Source: Octopus vulgaris (Eukaryota). Taken from it: 64,000 nucleotides of DNA. Shown in pieces: positions 22,952-36,368 of the stretch. Every line of letters begins with the position of its first letter. Position 1 is the first letter of the stretch. Where the stretch lies: contig OX597840.1 in the NCBI GenBank assembly GCA_951406725.2, positions 15,872,001 to 15,936,000 on the forward strand. Direction: 5' to 3'. Made by a program: the position numbers and the translations under genes. The notes beneath the pieces are model-generated. The model saw nothing but the letters and a program-made list of their open reading frames with translations. It had not been told where the DNA came from and did not search any database.

Positions 22952-23159
22952 CTACTCTTTTACTCTTTTATTTGTTTCAGTCATTTGAGCATAGCCATGC
23001 TGGAGCACCGCCTTTAGTCGAGCAAATCGACCCCAAGATTTGTTACTTTTAAGTAAGCCTAGTACTTATTCTATTGGTCTCTTTTGCTGAACCAGCATCG
23101 GTTGTCAAGCGATGTTGGGGGGACAAACACAGACACACAAACATATACACACGCACACA

Positions 23160-23160
<1 letters not shown>
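22952..23160 (-). mobile_element. SINE family A 3' half
   Basis: tttgtttcagtcatttgagcatagccatgctggagcaccgcc. Confidence 0.8.
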
Positions 23161-23229
<69 letters not shown>

Positions 23230-23234
<5 letters not shown>

Positions 23235-23414
23235 AGAGTTTACGAAAAAAAACAAAGGACGAAGACAGGTGGTGTACAAAACAAACAGATATATTAGTAT
23301 AACGCTCAGGAATAGAAAAAAGTCTTTTACGTTTTGAGCCTATGCTCTTCTACAGAAAGGGACACAGAATAAACAAGGAGAGAAAAAATGTGTGTAGTGG
23401 CTAACGATCTATCA

Positions 23415-23415
<1 letters not shown>
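23230..23415 (-). mobile_element. Short (TA)n-embedded element with hammerhead-like motif at 23322-23363
   Basis: Minus strand cttt-CTGTAGA-a-gagc atag gctc-AAA-ACGT-A-aaag. Same family as 40085-40290. Confidence 0.6.
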
Positions 23416-23446
<31 letters not shown>

Positions 23447-23456
<10 letters not shown>

Positions 23457-24110
23457 GCAAGATTTTTTTATGTGAAATTGTGTGTTGAAACAGATATTGT
23501 TATATTTCGGAATGGTCATTTTGCCAGTTTTGCCAAAAAAAGCACATGCACGATATATTTGGTGTTACTTTGCTTCAGTGCTATTTATTTTTTTTTTTAC
23601 ATTAATCTTAATCTTATTTCGGCCAGAGTTCTTTCGTCACACTCCTGTGACCGCATCAGTGGTCCTTTGCTTTCTTCTTTCTTATTTGTGTGTCTCTCCT
23701 TACTAACCGTCAGCCATTTTGTATTTCTATTGTATGTGTCTTCATTTGCACATGTGTACGTCTCTATGTGTGTCTATGTTTAGTTAGTGTGTGTGTGTGT
23801 GTGTGTGTGACGAAAGGACTCTGGCCGAAATTAGACTAAGACCAATGCAAAAAACAAACAACACCGAAGCAAAGCAACACCAAATATACAGTGCATGTGC
23901 TTTCACTGGCCAAACCGGCAAAATGACCAAAATGACCAAAATGACCAAAATGACCAAAATGACCATCCCCAAATACACCAATATCTGTTTCAACACACGA
24001 TTTCACATAAAAAATCTTGCACAACAAATATATATATATATTTGGGAATGGTCATTTTGCCGGTTTGGCCAGTGAAAGCACACACACTGTATATTTGGTG
24101 TTGCTTTGCT
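23447..24110. mobile_element. Fold-back element with hammerhead-like motif at 23621-23665 (-)
   Basis: 23447-23642 is mirrored by 23805-24035. Minus strand cca-CTGATGC-g-gtcac aggagt gtgac-GAA-AGAACT-C-tgg. Right arm has (aaatgacca)x5. Confidence 0.65.
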
Positions 24111-24188
24111 TACATACATACATGCATGTATGTATGTACACCAGCATCTGTTGTCAAGCGATGGTGGGGGGACAAACACAGAACGCAA

Positions 24189-24225
<37 letters not shown>

Positions 24226-24284
24226 TAAAAACATATATATAAATCAATAAATGGTGTTGTTGTGTTGACTGCATGTGAAAAAAT

Positions 24285-24766
24285 GATAGGAGAAGAAAAA
24301 TTATAATAAGGCAGAATGCTAAATTGAAAGTAAATTTTAATAAAAATGGGTGTATGGAAAATTAAAAAAGAAAAAAATAATAAATCAAACCAGTTTTCAT
24401 CACAAAGCAAATTATCAAGATTTGGAAGGGGAAAAGAAATTTTTTTTTTTTATCTTAATCCTCTAAAGAAATTTTTCCAAGGACTATTATTGAACTCTAA
24501 AAGCATAAAGACTCTACTGTGTATGGGTATACTTATTTATTAATGTTTGTATGTATTTATTATTCGTTTTTTGAAAAAAAACATTGTAAATTTCTTTTTT
24601 CTCCTTCCTCAATTTTAAAAAAAAAATTTCTTTTCCCCTTCCAAATCTTGATAATTTGCTTTGCAATGAAAACCGGTTTGATTTATTATTTTTTCGTTTT
24701 TAATTTTCCATACACACATTTTTATTAAAATTTACATTCTGCCTTGTTATAATTTTTCCTCTCCTA
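24285..24766. mobile_element. Fold-back element with U3-A8 hammerheads at 24382-24423 (-) and 24643-24684 (+)
   Basis: aaatc-TTGATAA-tttgc ttt gcaat-GAA-AACCGGTT-T-gattt. Arms about 165 bp around a spacer. Confidence 0.75.
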
Positions 24767-25329
24767 TATATAAATATATATATATATATATATAGTTTGT
24801 ATATGTATTTGGTTTGCAGGATTCTTGATGTGAATTCATGTGTTGAAAGAAATACTATTGAATCTTGGGAGGAGCATCATGCCGGTAATAATAAATTGCT
24901 TAACTGAGTAATTAACCCATTAATTAACAATAACAATAAAGGACGAAACTAGTGCATGTGTTTATTATTACCGGCATAGTGACCCTCCCAAGGATCAATA
25001 GTATATATATATATATACACACAATGGGCTTCTTTCAGTTTCCATCTACCAAATCCACTTATAAAGCTTTGGTCAGCCTGAGGCCATTGTAGAAGACACT
25101 TGCCCAAGGTGCCATGCAGTGGGACTGAACCCAGAACCATGTGATTGGGAAGCAAGCTAATTACTATACAGCCACACATGTGCCTATAAATCATCATCAT
25201 CAACATCCTTTCAGTGTCCATTTTTATTTTTTCTATGGCCTTATTACAAGCTTCTTTCAGTTTTCTTCTATCAAATCCACTCATACTCACCAGACTTTGG
25301 TTCAAAGTGGATTAAACCGCTCATATCCC

Positions 25330-25800
25330 ACCAAGGAGATAACAACATCAACATGGGTGAAGATCTTCTTTAGCCTGGGACTGATGTTTCTCCTGTCCTT
25401 ACCCACTGTCTTCAGTGCTTGACATTTTTATAGAGAACCCAGTCACTATTCAGTCCAAAATGGTTCATCCGTGAGATGTGACAGCAAAGAAGAACACACC
25501 TTTATTCTCTGCATGCAATTAGACTTGGAAAGTTTTTGAGAAACCCACTGACCCAATTTGCTGACTTTTCCGATGACACAGGTATCGATGAGTGGTTGAA
25601 TGACCAAATCCAAGCTTCTCTGCTAGTTCCTCAACAGTTACAAAGGTATTTTTTTCCACCAGGGTTCGCAAGACATCCTCATCAAATTCTAGAGACCTTC
25701 CAGGATGAGACTTGTCTTCTAAGTTGTAGTTTCCAGCTCAGAATTTCTGGATCTACGGTTGACACTGGCTTACACTTATTATCCGATCCCCATTTACTGC
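25330..25800 (-). pseudogene. Degenerate mariner transposase N-terminal fragment
   Basis: Minus strand reads FRAGNYNLEDKSHPGRSLEFDEDVLRTLVEKN..VEELAEKLGFGHST..LGQWV (second HTH and WVPHEL-like region). Confidence 0.7.
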
Positions 25801-25827
25801 ATTAATATTCTTTGCACTTTTGTATTT

Positions 25828-26236
25828 CTTTATTGCCCACAAGGGGCTAAACATAGAGGGGACTAACAAGGACAGACAAATGGATTAAGTTGATTACACC
25901 AACCCCAGTGCACAACTGGTACTTAATTTATCGACCCCGAAAGGATGAAAGGCTAAGTCAACCTTGGCAGAATTTGAACTCAGAATGTAAAGACAGACGA
26001 AATACCTATTTCTTTACTACCCACAAGGGGCTAAACACAAAAAGGACATACAAGGACAGGCAAATGGATTAAGTCGATTATATCGACCCCAGTGCATAAC
26101 TGGTACTTTATTTATTGACCCCGTAAGAATGAGAGGCAAAGTCGACCTCAGCGGAATTTGAACTCAGAACGTAGTGGCAGACGAAATACCATTAAGCATT
26201 TTGCCCGGTGTGCTAATGTTTCTGCCAGCTTGCCTT
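25828..26236 (-). mobile_element. SINE family B with duplicated 3' part
   Basis: cccacaaggggctaaaca...gaatttgaactcagaa occurs twice in tandem. Confidence 0.8.
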
Positions 26237-26489
26237 GCATTTTTTGTTATGTTGTTGCTCTTTTTGAACTTATAAAGCAAAATACGCTGAATAGCTCCTT
26301 TGTCACTTCCATTATAGCTGTGAAAAAATATGTTAAAATTGAGCTGCGCTCATTAAAGCTTGCTCTAAGAATAAGGACAAGGTAAAAATTACTACCTGCC
26401 TCTGTAACAAGTTGATGCAGGTAGTTTATCCCATTCCAGCTTTTAGTTCATGCAATTAAAAAAAAACACATTAATCATGGGCTGACCCA

Positions 26490-26539
<50 letters not shown>

Positions 26540-27042
26540 TTGTCTCCCACCACCACTTGGCAACCAGTGTTGGTGTGTTTACATCCTTGTAGCTTAGCAG
26601 TTCAGCAAAAGAAACCAATCGAATAAATTCCAGGCTTTAAAAGGAAAAAGTACTGGTATTGATTCCTTCGACTAAAAATTCTTCAAGGTGTACCCCAGCA
26701 GGGTTGCAGTCTAATGACTGAAACAAGTAAAAGATTAAAAAAATATGTGTGTGTGAATCAAATTGTAGTCTTCAATTGTAAAGACTTGCGTAGTAAATGT
26801 ATGTATGCAGGTACATGTGCGTGTGAATGTCTTTGTGTTAGGGAAAAGTTAAAGCACAATAGTATGCCTGTTATAAGTACAACCATTTGACCAAGCTATA
26901 AAAACACAGACACACTGACACACACACTAACAACAAGATTCCTCCACACAACTTTTATCTATCAAATATTCCATTCACAAAACTTTGGTCATAAATCCAG
27001 TAGAACTCCACCAAAAAAGGGTACTGCTCTTGCAGCTGCTGT

Positions 27043-27610
27043 CTTCTTCTTCTTCTTCTTTTTCTTCTTCTTCTTCTTCTTCTTCTTCTTCTTCTTCTTC
27101 TTCTTCTTCTTCTTCTTCTTCTTCTTCTTCTTCTAATCAGGATTCACGCCATTAGCCACAAAGAATAATCTCTAATTCGAGCCTACTCTAAGCTACTAAG
27201 AATGCATGTGGCAACATGAAGATCCACCCACCACACGCAATAGACTGGTGGTTGCATGGGCACGAAAGCTATGTTGTTATTCTCATTCTGTAAACGGTGG
27301 CTTTTAACGGGTGGAGAGCTGAACCATCCTTGGGTACAGAGGATTCGTAATCTAGACTAGGGTCTGAAAGTTTACCACCCCATAGTGGGTTACACCAAGG
27401 TTCCTCTGCTTTGTGGCAGAAGTAGGAAGAAAGAGTGAGAGAAAGTTGTGGTGAAAGAGTACAGCGGAGTTCACCACTCCCCCTGCCGGAGCCTCGTGGA
27501 GCTTAGGTGTTTTTGCTCAATAAATACTCACAATGCCCTCTCTGGGAATTGAAACTGCGTTCTTACGACCGCGAGTCCGCTGCCCTTACCACTGGGCCAT
27601 TGTGCCTCCT
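27043..27610 (-). mobile_element. SINE family C long form with expanded (GAA)n tail and TSD
   Basis: About 30 TTC units on the plus strand. tgcagctgctgt flanks both ends. Confidence 0.88.
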
Positions 27611-28883
27611 CTGCAGCTGCTGTTGCTACTGCTACTGCTGCTGCTGCTGTTAGCTGCCGTATAGTTGAATCTGACACAGAACCACATGGTTGTGGGGTCA
27701 GACTGCTTAGTCACATGTAGCTGCACCTGCAAACCTCAAATTACATTATCCAAATATGAAGAATTGAATGCTGTGTGTATTCATATGTTTAGTGTCTATA
27801 TGTGTGCATGTGTGTGTGAGTGAGTGTGGTTAACCAAAAGAATTATTACAATTTTGTTTTTTCAAAGTAAAATATGCATCATAACTCACCCCCCCCCTCC
27901 CCCATCATAACACACCCATAATCTAAAATAACACTTTAAAGTAAAATGAAAGGAAAAATAAACAAGTCATATGAAAATACTCAATGAAGACAAAAACTTC
28001 AAAACAGGCTACTTATAATTATAGTAACTTCATTCAGGTCACCCCCTCACCATTCTTTTCCTTCCTCCTCTCTCCTCCTATATTAAACATTTTGTGGAAC
28101 ATTCTAGAATACAATCAGCATTGTAGACTTTTTCTGTTTCAATATATTCATTTTCTTTCTCTGCTTATGTTCTCTAATTTTAGAACTTTTGTTGTCTGTG
28201 TAATGGCTGGTGGAGAGGTTAGTTTTTTTTTGATGTAACAACTGTTAATCACTCAATTATTTGAGTTTAGTTTTTCACTTCTATCAAGACATTAAATATG
28301 TCAGCACTTAACCAGTTTTGGAGTTTGGATTTTGTTTTGCTTTTTTCATATTTTCTTTTACTAGTGACTGATGTCTTATTTAAACTGAGACATGGACAAC
28401 CATTTTTTGGGAAACAAGTCACATGAGACAAGGCATATAGTCAGGTGGGCTGCTCTACTTAAAAAATTCAGGGTAATTTGTCTTTGGGTGTGCCATTCAG
28501 AAAGTTTTGTGCATCAGTTTTCCCATGGCTGGTTTAATCTCTGTTTATTGTGTAAACATCCTTTGGCAAAAAATGATGTGAGTTCAAATCCTGTTAAGAT
28601 CAACTTTTTATCTTTGTGTTTCAGTCATTGGAATTTGGCCATGCTGGGGCCATACTTTGAACAAATTGATCTCAGTACTTATTTCTTTTAAGCTTGATTC
28701 TTATTCTACCAGTCTCTTATACTGAACTGCTAAGTACAGGGATGTACACCAACACCAGCTGTCTAGCAGTGGTGGGAGATGAACACAGACACACAGATGT
28801 GTGTGTGTGTGTATAAATATATATGCATCATCAGGTTGGATCAAATTAACTTGTAAATACCACCTTTAGTTGGTCCTGAAGTA

Positions 28884-30164
28884 CGAGTGGTGTTCAATAA
28901 GTAATGCCCCTGACCCACTTCCCATAGCAGTAGAGCAACGAAACTTGGCACAGTTATTAGTCTTTTTCTACATAGGAACCACCCAGAGTTACACATTTCT
29001 CCCATTGTTTGATGCAGCTCTGGAGACCGTTTTTGTAGAAGACCCCAGCTTGGTCCTCCAACCTGAACGTGACTTCAGAAATCAAGGCTGCATCATCTGG
29101 GAAACGCTTTCCTTTCAAAAACAACTTCATGACTGGGAAGAGGTAAAAATCAAGGTCAGGAAAGTACGGGGATGGGGGAGGAGTTCATAGCCATACACCT
29201 GTGCTTCTGATCTGGCGACAAGCAAGTTGTGGACCGGAGTGTTGTCCTGCAGGAGGAGGATGCCTTTGCTGATCTTGACCTGCCTCTTGATTTTGATAAC
29301 TTCTCTTAATTTCCCCAAAAGTGAAGCATAATAAGCTCCTGCAATTGTGGTACTCTTTGCCAGGAAATCTGTCATCACTACTCCGTCCTGGTCCCAGAAG
29401 ACTGTGAGCATGACCTTGCCAGCGGAGGGCTGCACCCTTGCCTTCTTTGGAGGGGGTGAGTCACGGTGCTTCCACTGCATTGACTGGGCTTTGGTCTCTG
29501 GATCATCGTGATGGACCCAGGTTTCATCCTGTGTAATCAATCTTTTGAAAAATTTTGATTCATCTTCTTGGCACATCTCCAAATTCACCCTCGAGCACTC
29601 GACGCGTTCTTGCTTCTGGAAAGGCGTGAGCAACCTGGGAATCCATCTGGCAGACACCTTTTGCATATGCAAATGGTCATGAATGATAGTTTCCACAGAC
29701 CCGGTACTAATCTTGACCTCATGGGCTATTTGGCGAATAATTATGCATCGATCTTCCAAAATGGCAGCCTCAACTTGACAGACAGATGCCTCATCAATGG
29801 CAGAAGGGGCGACCAGATCTGGGAGCTGTTTCCACAGAGTTCCGACCATGTTTGAATTCATGATGCCAGCGTTTTACAAGGTCATATGATGGGGCATCAT
29901 CACCATAAGTTACTTTCATTTCATCAAAAGTCTCCCGTGGTGTGCATCCTTTCAAATACAAAAACCGGATCACTGCTCGACACTCAACAGGCTCCATTTC
30001 ACACTTGACTCGGTTCAAACACCTGTAAATCAGAAACCACAATTAATTCAGAGCTGTAATTTGCCACTTACTCTATAGAGATATAAATGATTGCACATGC
30101 AAAATTTCAGCTAGATCAAACAACTGCAAGTGGGTCAGAGGCATTACTTATTGAACGTCCCTCG
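28884..30164 (-). mobile_element. Mariner DNA transposon, 1281 bp, frameshifted transposase
   Basis: TIRs cgagtggtgttcaataagtaatgcccctgacccactt / aagtgggtcagaggcattacttattgaacgtccctcg, with TA on both sides. ORFs 29794..30042 and 29127..29861 carry WIPRLL, TQDETWVH, LLQDNTPVH. Confidence 0.95.
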
Positions 30165-30347
30165 TACATCTGGTGAAATATTCAGGTTATGTGTACAGAT
30201 AATTGAACCCTTACAAGTATTTAGTGCCTAGGGACTGGCCCAAAGCATACATTGTATTGGTCACACAGTGTTTGGTATGCCCCAGGATGTCCGACAGGTC
30301 AAGAATCCCTTTTGGTGTATTATAAGCTAATAAATAGATAACAAACG

Positions 30348-30437
30348 ATGTTCATTACAGCTGTTTCTAACACATTTTTAATAGATCAATGAGAATGTTA
30401 CATCATAGTAAAAAACTGTTTTCATCAGATGATACAT
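30348..30437 (-). ncRNA. Type-I hammerhead motif with long helix II
   Basis: tcat-CTGATGA-aaacagttttt...aaaaatgtgtta-GAA-ACAGCTGT-A-atga. Partly mirrored at 30488-30570. Confidence 0.7.
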
Positions 30438-30595
30438 AGAATTTCAAACAATAGCAGAACAATCCATAAACACAGTAGGAACATGGCTATGATGTAATGT
30501 AGTCATTCATCTATTAAAAAATGTGTTAGAAACAGCTGTAATAAACTAACATTCATCCATCATTTGTTATTTGTTTGTTTGTGTGTGTGTGTGTG

Positions 30596-30647
<52 letters not shown>

Positions 30648-30652
30648 GTGTT

Positions 30653-30943
30653 CAAGAGTTCAAGGTCAATCTATGTCAAGCAGCTTTACTCCACATGCTT
30701 TAGCTTCGTTACAATGGCAACAGTCCGGATACTTATTGATCAGACGTCGCATATACATATAAAACAAGTGGTAAAAGGGATTAATAAATCCAGGCAGTTA
30801 AAACTTCAAATTTCCGCACTAAGGCACGGTTTTTATGCCCCATGGTCGTAACTTCAACCGTGCTTTTTCTGTTGTGATTTTTGCTACCCAGGTATCGGTT
30901 ATCATTTGAATTATCCGTAATAAGATAATTCATTTATCTACTT

Positions 30944-31021
<78 letters not shown>

Positions 31022-31449
31022 CATATATATACATGGTCTGATAAATAAGTATCCGGACTGTTACCATAGAAACAAAGCTAAAGCATGCAGAATAAAAGAT
31101 GCTTGGCACAGATTGACTTTGAACTCTACTGTGCATGTGCACTAAGTTTTGACGTTCTAGCTCACTTCCACCGTTTACACCATTGCTTAGAAGGAAGGTA
31201 TGTAGCATGTGATTGTTGCATTGACCATGCTACACACCATCCTTCCAAGCACTGCTGTAAAAAGCAGAAGTGAGCTAGAATGTTAAAACTTAGGGCACAT
31301 ACACAGCAGAGTTCAAGGTCAATCTATGTCAAGCAGCTTTACTCCACATACTTTAGCTTCGTTACAATGGCAACAGTCCGGATACTTATTGATCAGACGT
31401 CACATATACATATAAAACAAGTGGTAAACGGGATTAATAAATCCAGGCA
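30653..31449. repeat. Unclassified repeat in three copies forming a fold-back at about 31037-31400
   Basis: agagttcaaggtcaatctatgtcaagcagc...agtccggatacttattgatcagac at 30655 (+), about 31037-31127 (-) and 31307 (+). Confidence 0.8.
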
Positions 31450-32745
31450 GATATCTCAAAAGCATTTAGTGTTAAGAAAACTTGGTTATATTCATCAAAC
31501 AATCAGATACCAATAAATTTAAATAGAAGTAATATCCAAGGTAATTCCTCATGTATGACAAGCAGATCAAAATATTGCTTCAAAGAATTTCAAGAAATGT
31601 GGAGCATATGACAATCTGAACAATTGATGATTGCACCATACATTTCCAATGATTGCTTTTATTGTTTCTATTTATAAATAGAAAAAAATATACTAAACAC
31701 CAGTCAAACGAACATATCTGAAAACTTATGCCAACACAATGTTATCGAGGTAATACAAAACAGATTAAATTCAAAGTGAAATGAGATGATATCTCTAATA
31801 CATGAACACGTACAAAAAGGACATTTACAAGAAATATAATAGTCTAAGAAAAGCCAGTTTAGTATTTAAAATTATGATGATGTTGGTAAATAATGAAAAA
31901 ATAAAAAGTAAACATAGACATGCTACATCACGACCTTTAGTTATGCAGTTCTTAACATATGCTGAAAACATTTAGAAAGATTATGCTTATTAGATTTTAA
32001 GAAAACAACTATAGTTATTTAGTATTGAAATACTTAAATGTTCTTCTATATTTATTGGAACATTTCAATGTAAGATTGTTTCTGCTATTTAATAATTTTA
32101 ATTTAGAAGTAATTATATACTACATTTCCTCTAGGCATAGAGCACATTTAAAATTACTAGTATTGTATGATGGAGTATTACTAATAATGGACCACTTTTT
32201 ATTATAGTTAATATTCCTCATATTCAAATTTCAAATGCATTTACTACGATTCGTAAAATTACATTTTCTTCTAAACTTAAGTGAAGAATAAAGAATGGTT
32301 ATGTAATCTAGATTTCCAAATTGTAGCAGAAGAACCTATGTGATAGTATGTACGGTCCCCAGCAATTATCTAAGATTGATATACTTTATTCATCCTTAAA
32401 CACTGATTTTCTAAAGGACACATAATCTTGTTTATGACATTATATCAGTATTTATTCACTCATATGTAGCACTCATGGTTAAAGGAACTAGTACCAATTC
32501 TACTCACAGAATTAGGTGTTAAACCAGATTTATTAGCAGTATTATAATCAATATTATTTTTAGGTGTTATCATAAAGGATCTATCAATTTCACAGTTGAA
32601 GGCACCTTCACCTAAAGTATCAAAAACTAGTTCAAGAAAATTATTATAAGAGTTTATATCACAACTGAATAAATTTAGTACATTTTTTTATCCAATGAAC
32701 CAAAAAATTACTTTCAAGGAATTAAGCCATAAACATAAATTAACA

Positions 32746-32988
32746 CAACCACTAATGTTCCTCAGAAATTCTTTGCTGCACTATCAGTTCTGACCATCAT
32801 TACTAATTTTCAGTTGAGAAACTGCCTAATTTTACTTTTGTTACGTTCTGCTCTAATTTCAGCCAAAATTCTGGTGGTTGGATAGGAAAATTTTACTCTA
32901 TGGTGATTAGATAATTTCCTGTACTTACTTGAAGGTGGGAAATATTTATCCAGTGCAGCAAAGAATTTCTAAGGAATATTGGTTGTTA
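32746..32988. mobile_element. MITE-like element with TIRs of about 37 bp
   Basis: caaccactaatgttcctcagaaattctttgctgcact / agtgcagcaaagaatttctaaggaatattggttg. Confidence 0.6.
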
Positions 32989-33203
32989 GGTAAGATGAAA
33001 ATGGTGCATTATACCAGATAATGTTCCTTTTGATTTAGCTTTCTATTAATTACATATACTTTTTTTGTAATATTAACATAATCTGCATGTTTATAATTCT
33101 TAATTTCAAAATTAGATGATCTGGCATAATTCTTATGTTTAAAGTTATTCATATCTATAGATTCTTTTTTGTCATTATTATTGTTGTTGTTGTTATTATT
33201 ATT

Positions 33204-34218
33204 AAGGCAGTGAGCTGGCAGAATCATTATCATGCAGGATGAAATTCTGAGTGGTATTTCACCCATCACTATGTTCTGAGTTCAAATTCCGCCAAGGTGA
33301 ACTTTGCCTTTCATCCTTTCAGTGTTGAAAAATTAAGTACCAATGGAGCACTGGGGTTGATATAATCCACTCACCCCCCCCCCTAAAATTGTTGCTCTTG
33401 TGGTCAAATTTGAAACCATTATTATTGTTATTTGTTATTATAAAGGTGGCGAGGGAGCAGAACTATTAGCAGACCAGGCAAAATGCTTAGTAGCATTTTG
33501 TCTGTCTTTATATACTGAGTTCAAATTCTGCCAAGTTGAACTTTGTCTTTCATCCTTTCCGGGTTGATAAATTAAGCACCAATTGAACCCTGGGGTCAAT
33601 GTAATTGACTCATCCCCTCCCCTAAAATTGCTGCCCTTGTGGCAAACTATTATTATTATTATTATTATTATCATTGCTGTTGTTGTTGTTGTTATTGTTA
33701 TTATTAAGGTGATGAACTGGCAGAATTGTTAGCACCGAGTTCAAATTCTGCTAAGGTTAAATTTGCCTTTCATCCTTTCAGGGTCCATAAATTAAGTACC
33801 AGTGGTATAAGTACAAGTTTTATAGAAGTACCAGTTATATAAGTGTATAAGTACCAGTTGTATACTAGGGTTGATATAATCGACTTGCCCCTCCCCCAGA
33901 AATTTCAGGCCTTTTGCCTTTAGTAGAAAGGATTATTATTATTATTAAACTGTAACCCAACCATACTTTTAGTTTCTTCAGAGTTACGTCTATGTTTATG
34001 TTTATAATAAGGTGGCAAAATGGCAGAATCATTAGCACACTGGGAAAATGCTAAGTGGTATTTCGTCCATTTTCTCATTTTGTGTTCAAATTCTGCCAAA
34101 GTTGTCTTTCATCCGATAAAATAAGTACCAGTTGAACATTTGGATACAAATATGTAATCAATGTAATCAACTTACCCTCTTCCTCTGAAATTGCTGGCCT
34201 TGTGCCAAAATTTGAAAT
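33204..34218 (+). mobile_element. Cluster of four head-to-tail family-B SINEs in (ATT)n/(GTT)n tracts
   Basis: Heads at about 33205, 33443, 33707 and 34009, each with gttcaaattc and ctttcatcc. Confidence 0.85.
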
Positions 34219-34329
34219 AAATATCAACATGTTTATTTCCAGTCTTATTTGCATCATTATTCTTGCTATTATTCAGTTTACTTAAATAAATTTGCTTGAT
34301 GTATTTATCTTTATGGCATTCTCAATCAA

Positions 34330-35030
34330 GGATCATCATATTTTATTTCCTATCATTGCCAGGAATTTTATGAGCATTTTGATTCTGAATATAGTAAATT
34401 TTGTCATACACAGCTTCAGATAATGCATGGTTATAGTACTTTTCATTTTATACAAATACATCCTCATTAGCAGGAAACCTCGAAATACAAGTTGGTAGAC
34501 TTTTAATGATAGAATTTCTGATGTATCTAGGATGATTAGAATTTTTATTTTTAAGCATCCATTTGGTTTATGACACAGTTGGTATAGTCCTGTACTTAAA
34601 TCCAGAGTAACGTCAAGGAAGTTAACCTTAATATATTCATTTTCTTTGGAAATAGACAGACCAAGACACTTAAAGAATTTAAAAAGATTTTTCCAACACC
34701 TTTCAAAATTAACCTTACTAGATCTACGGATAATGAAAAGAGTGCTGTCCCTAAACAATCCACCCCATAATTCAGGAAATTCAATATGTATACAGTTCAT
34801 ACAGAAAAACATTTAAGCAGTAACTAACACCTTAATTATATTCACATACTTTAAGCACTCATTCAGTTTATGACATAGTTGGTATAATCCTGTACTTTTG
34901 TGATTTTGAATTGTTATTGAGATGTTCAAAATGTTTTATTCACCTGATGGAAATGTTTTTTTTGTTGCATGATGTAATACTTCTATTCATCAATAAAAAA
35001 ACACATCTGAAACAGCCTTAGTGAATCACA
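34330..35030 (-). mobile_element. Degenerate PLE RT fragment, plus an adjacent plus-strand hammerhead-like motif at 34938-35026
   Basis: GGLFRDS (YRDD-like) and VNFLDVTLDLSTGLYQLCHKPN. Motif attcac-CTGATGG-..-GAA-ACAGCCTT-A-gtgaat. Confidence 0.65.
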
Positions 35031-35315
35031 ATCCATCTGTTGTTATTTGTTTATCATTCACCTCACCCAAAACCTGCAATTCACAAGGATCTGGAGTCTA
35101 TTCAGTGCAGTGTAACAAGTGCAGTATTTGTACCCATGTGTGACCTTGAGGAGTTGTATATTCAGTCAGTGATTTATGACTGTATGAATAACTGGAGTAT
35201 ACTCACATTTACTTTAGTAAGTACGTATTTGTCTTCAAATATTGTTTGTACTCAATATCATCAACCCGACCATGGTGCTTTACTAGTTAAGGACTTGATT
35301 TACTTGAACTCTTAA

Positions 35316-35475
35316 GGCTGTGTGGTAAGTAGCTTGCTTACCAACCACATGGTTCCGGGTTCAGTTCCACTGCATGGCACCTAGGGCAAGTGTCTTCTAC
35401 TATAGCCTCGGGTTGACCAAAGCCTTGTGAGTGGATTTGGTAGACAGAAACTGAAAGAAGACCGTCTTATATATT

Positions 35476-35522
<47 letters not shown>

Positions 35523-35745
35523 TCGTGTGTATATCTGTGTGTGTCTGTGTTTATCCCCCAACATCGCTTGACAACCGATGCTGGTGTGTTTACATCCCTG
35601 TAACTTAGCGGTTCAGCAAAAGAGACCCATAGAATAAGTACTAGGATCACAAATAATAAGTCCTGGGGTCAATTTGCTCGACTAAAGCTGGTGGTCCAGC
35701 ATGGCCACAGTCAAATTACTGAAACAAGTAAAAGAGTAAAAGAAT
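35316..35745 (+). mobile_element. SINE family A
   Basis: Full head, microsatellite and tail. Confidence 0.9.
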
Positions 35746-35792
35746 ATGTATGCATGCATGTATATATATGTGTGTGTGTGTGTATTTATGAA

Positions 35793-35835
<43 letters not shown>

Positions 35836-35861
35836 AAGGGTGGAAAGGAACACACGAGTTG

Positions 35862-36323
35862 ATATATATGAAAAAACAAGTCAAAAATAGAAAATGCTAA
35901 GATGATTTTATAGTGAATCTTTCAGTACCGGTTTCGGTCATTTTGAGACCTTTTCAACTGTAACAATTAAATAATTAAATTTAGAAAAATTAGAAGAAAA
36001 GTTTTTTTAAAAGAATATTTCTGTAGTAGTGTTCAGATATAAGTAGCATTCTGCCTTTCTCTGACTCCCTTGTTTGCACTTGTGTGTTCGAGGTCAAAAA
36101 TGACCTCGAACGCACAAGTGCAAACAAGGGAGTCAGAGAAAGGCAGAATGCTACTTATATCTGAACACTACTACAGAAATATTCTTTTAAAAAAACTTTT
36201 CTTCTAATTTTTCTAAATTTAATTATTTAATCGTTACAGTTGAAAAGGTCTCAAAATGACCGAAACCGGTACTGAAAGTTTCACTATAAAATCATCTTAG
36301 CATTTTCTATTTTTGACTTGTTT

Positions 36324-36335
<12 letters not shown>
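35862..36335. mobile_element. Near-perfect 470-bp palindrome with U3-A8 hammerheads at 35923-35960 (-) and 36237-36274 (+)
   Basis: Arms about 235 bp, 4-nt loop at 36097-36100. cag-TTGAAAA-ggtc tcaaaat gacc-GAA-ACCGGT-A-ctg. Confidence 0.85.
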
Positions 36336-36367
<32 letters not shown>

Positions 36368-36368
<1 letters not shown>

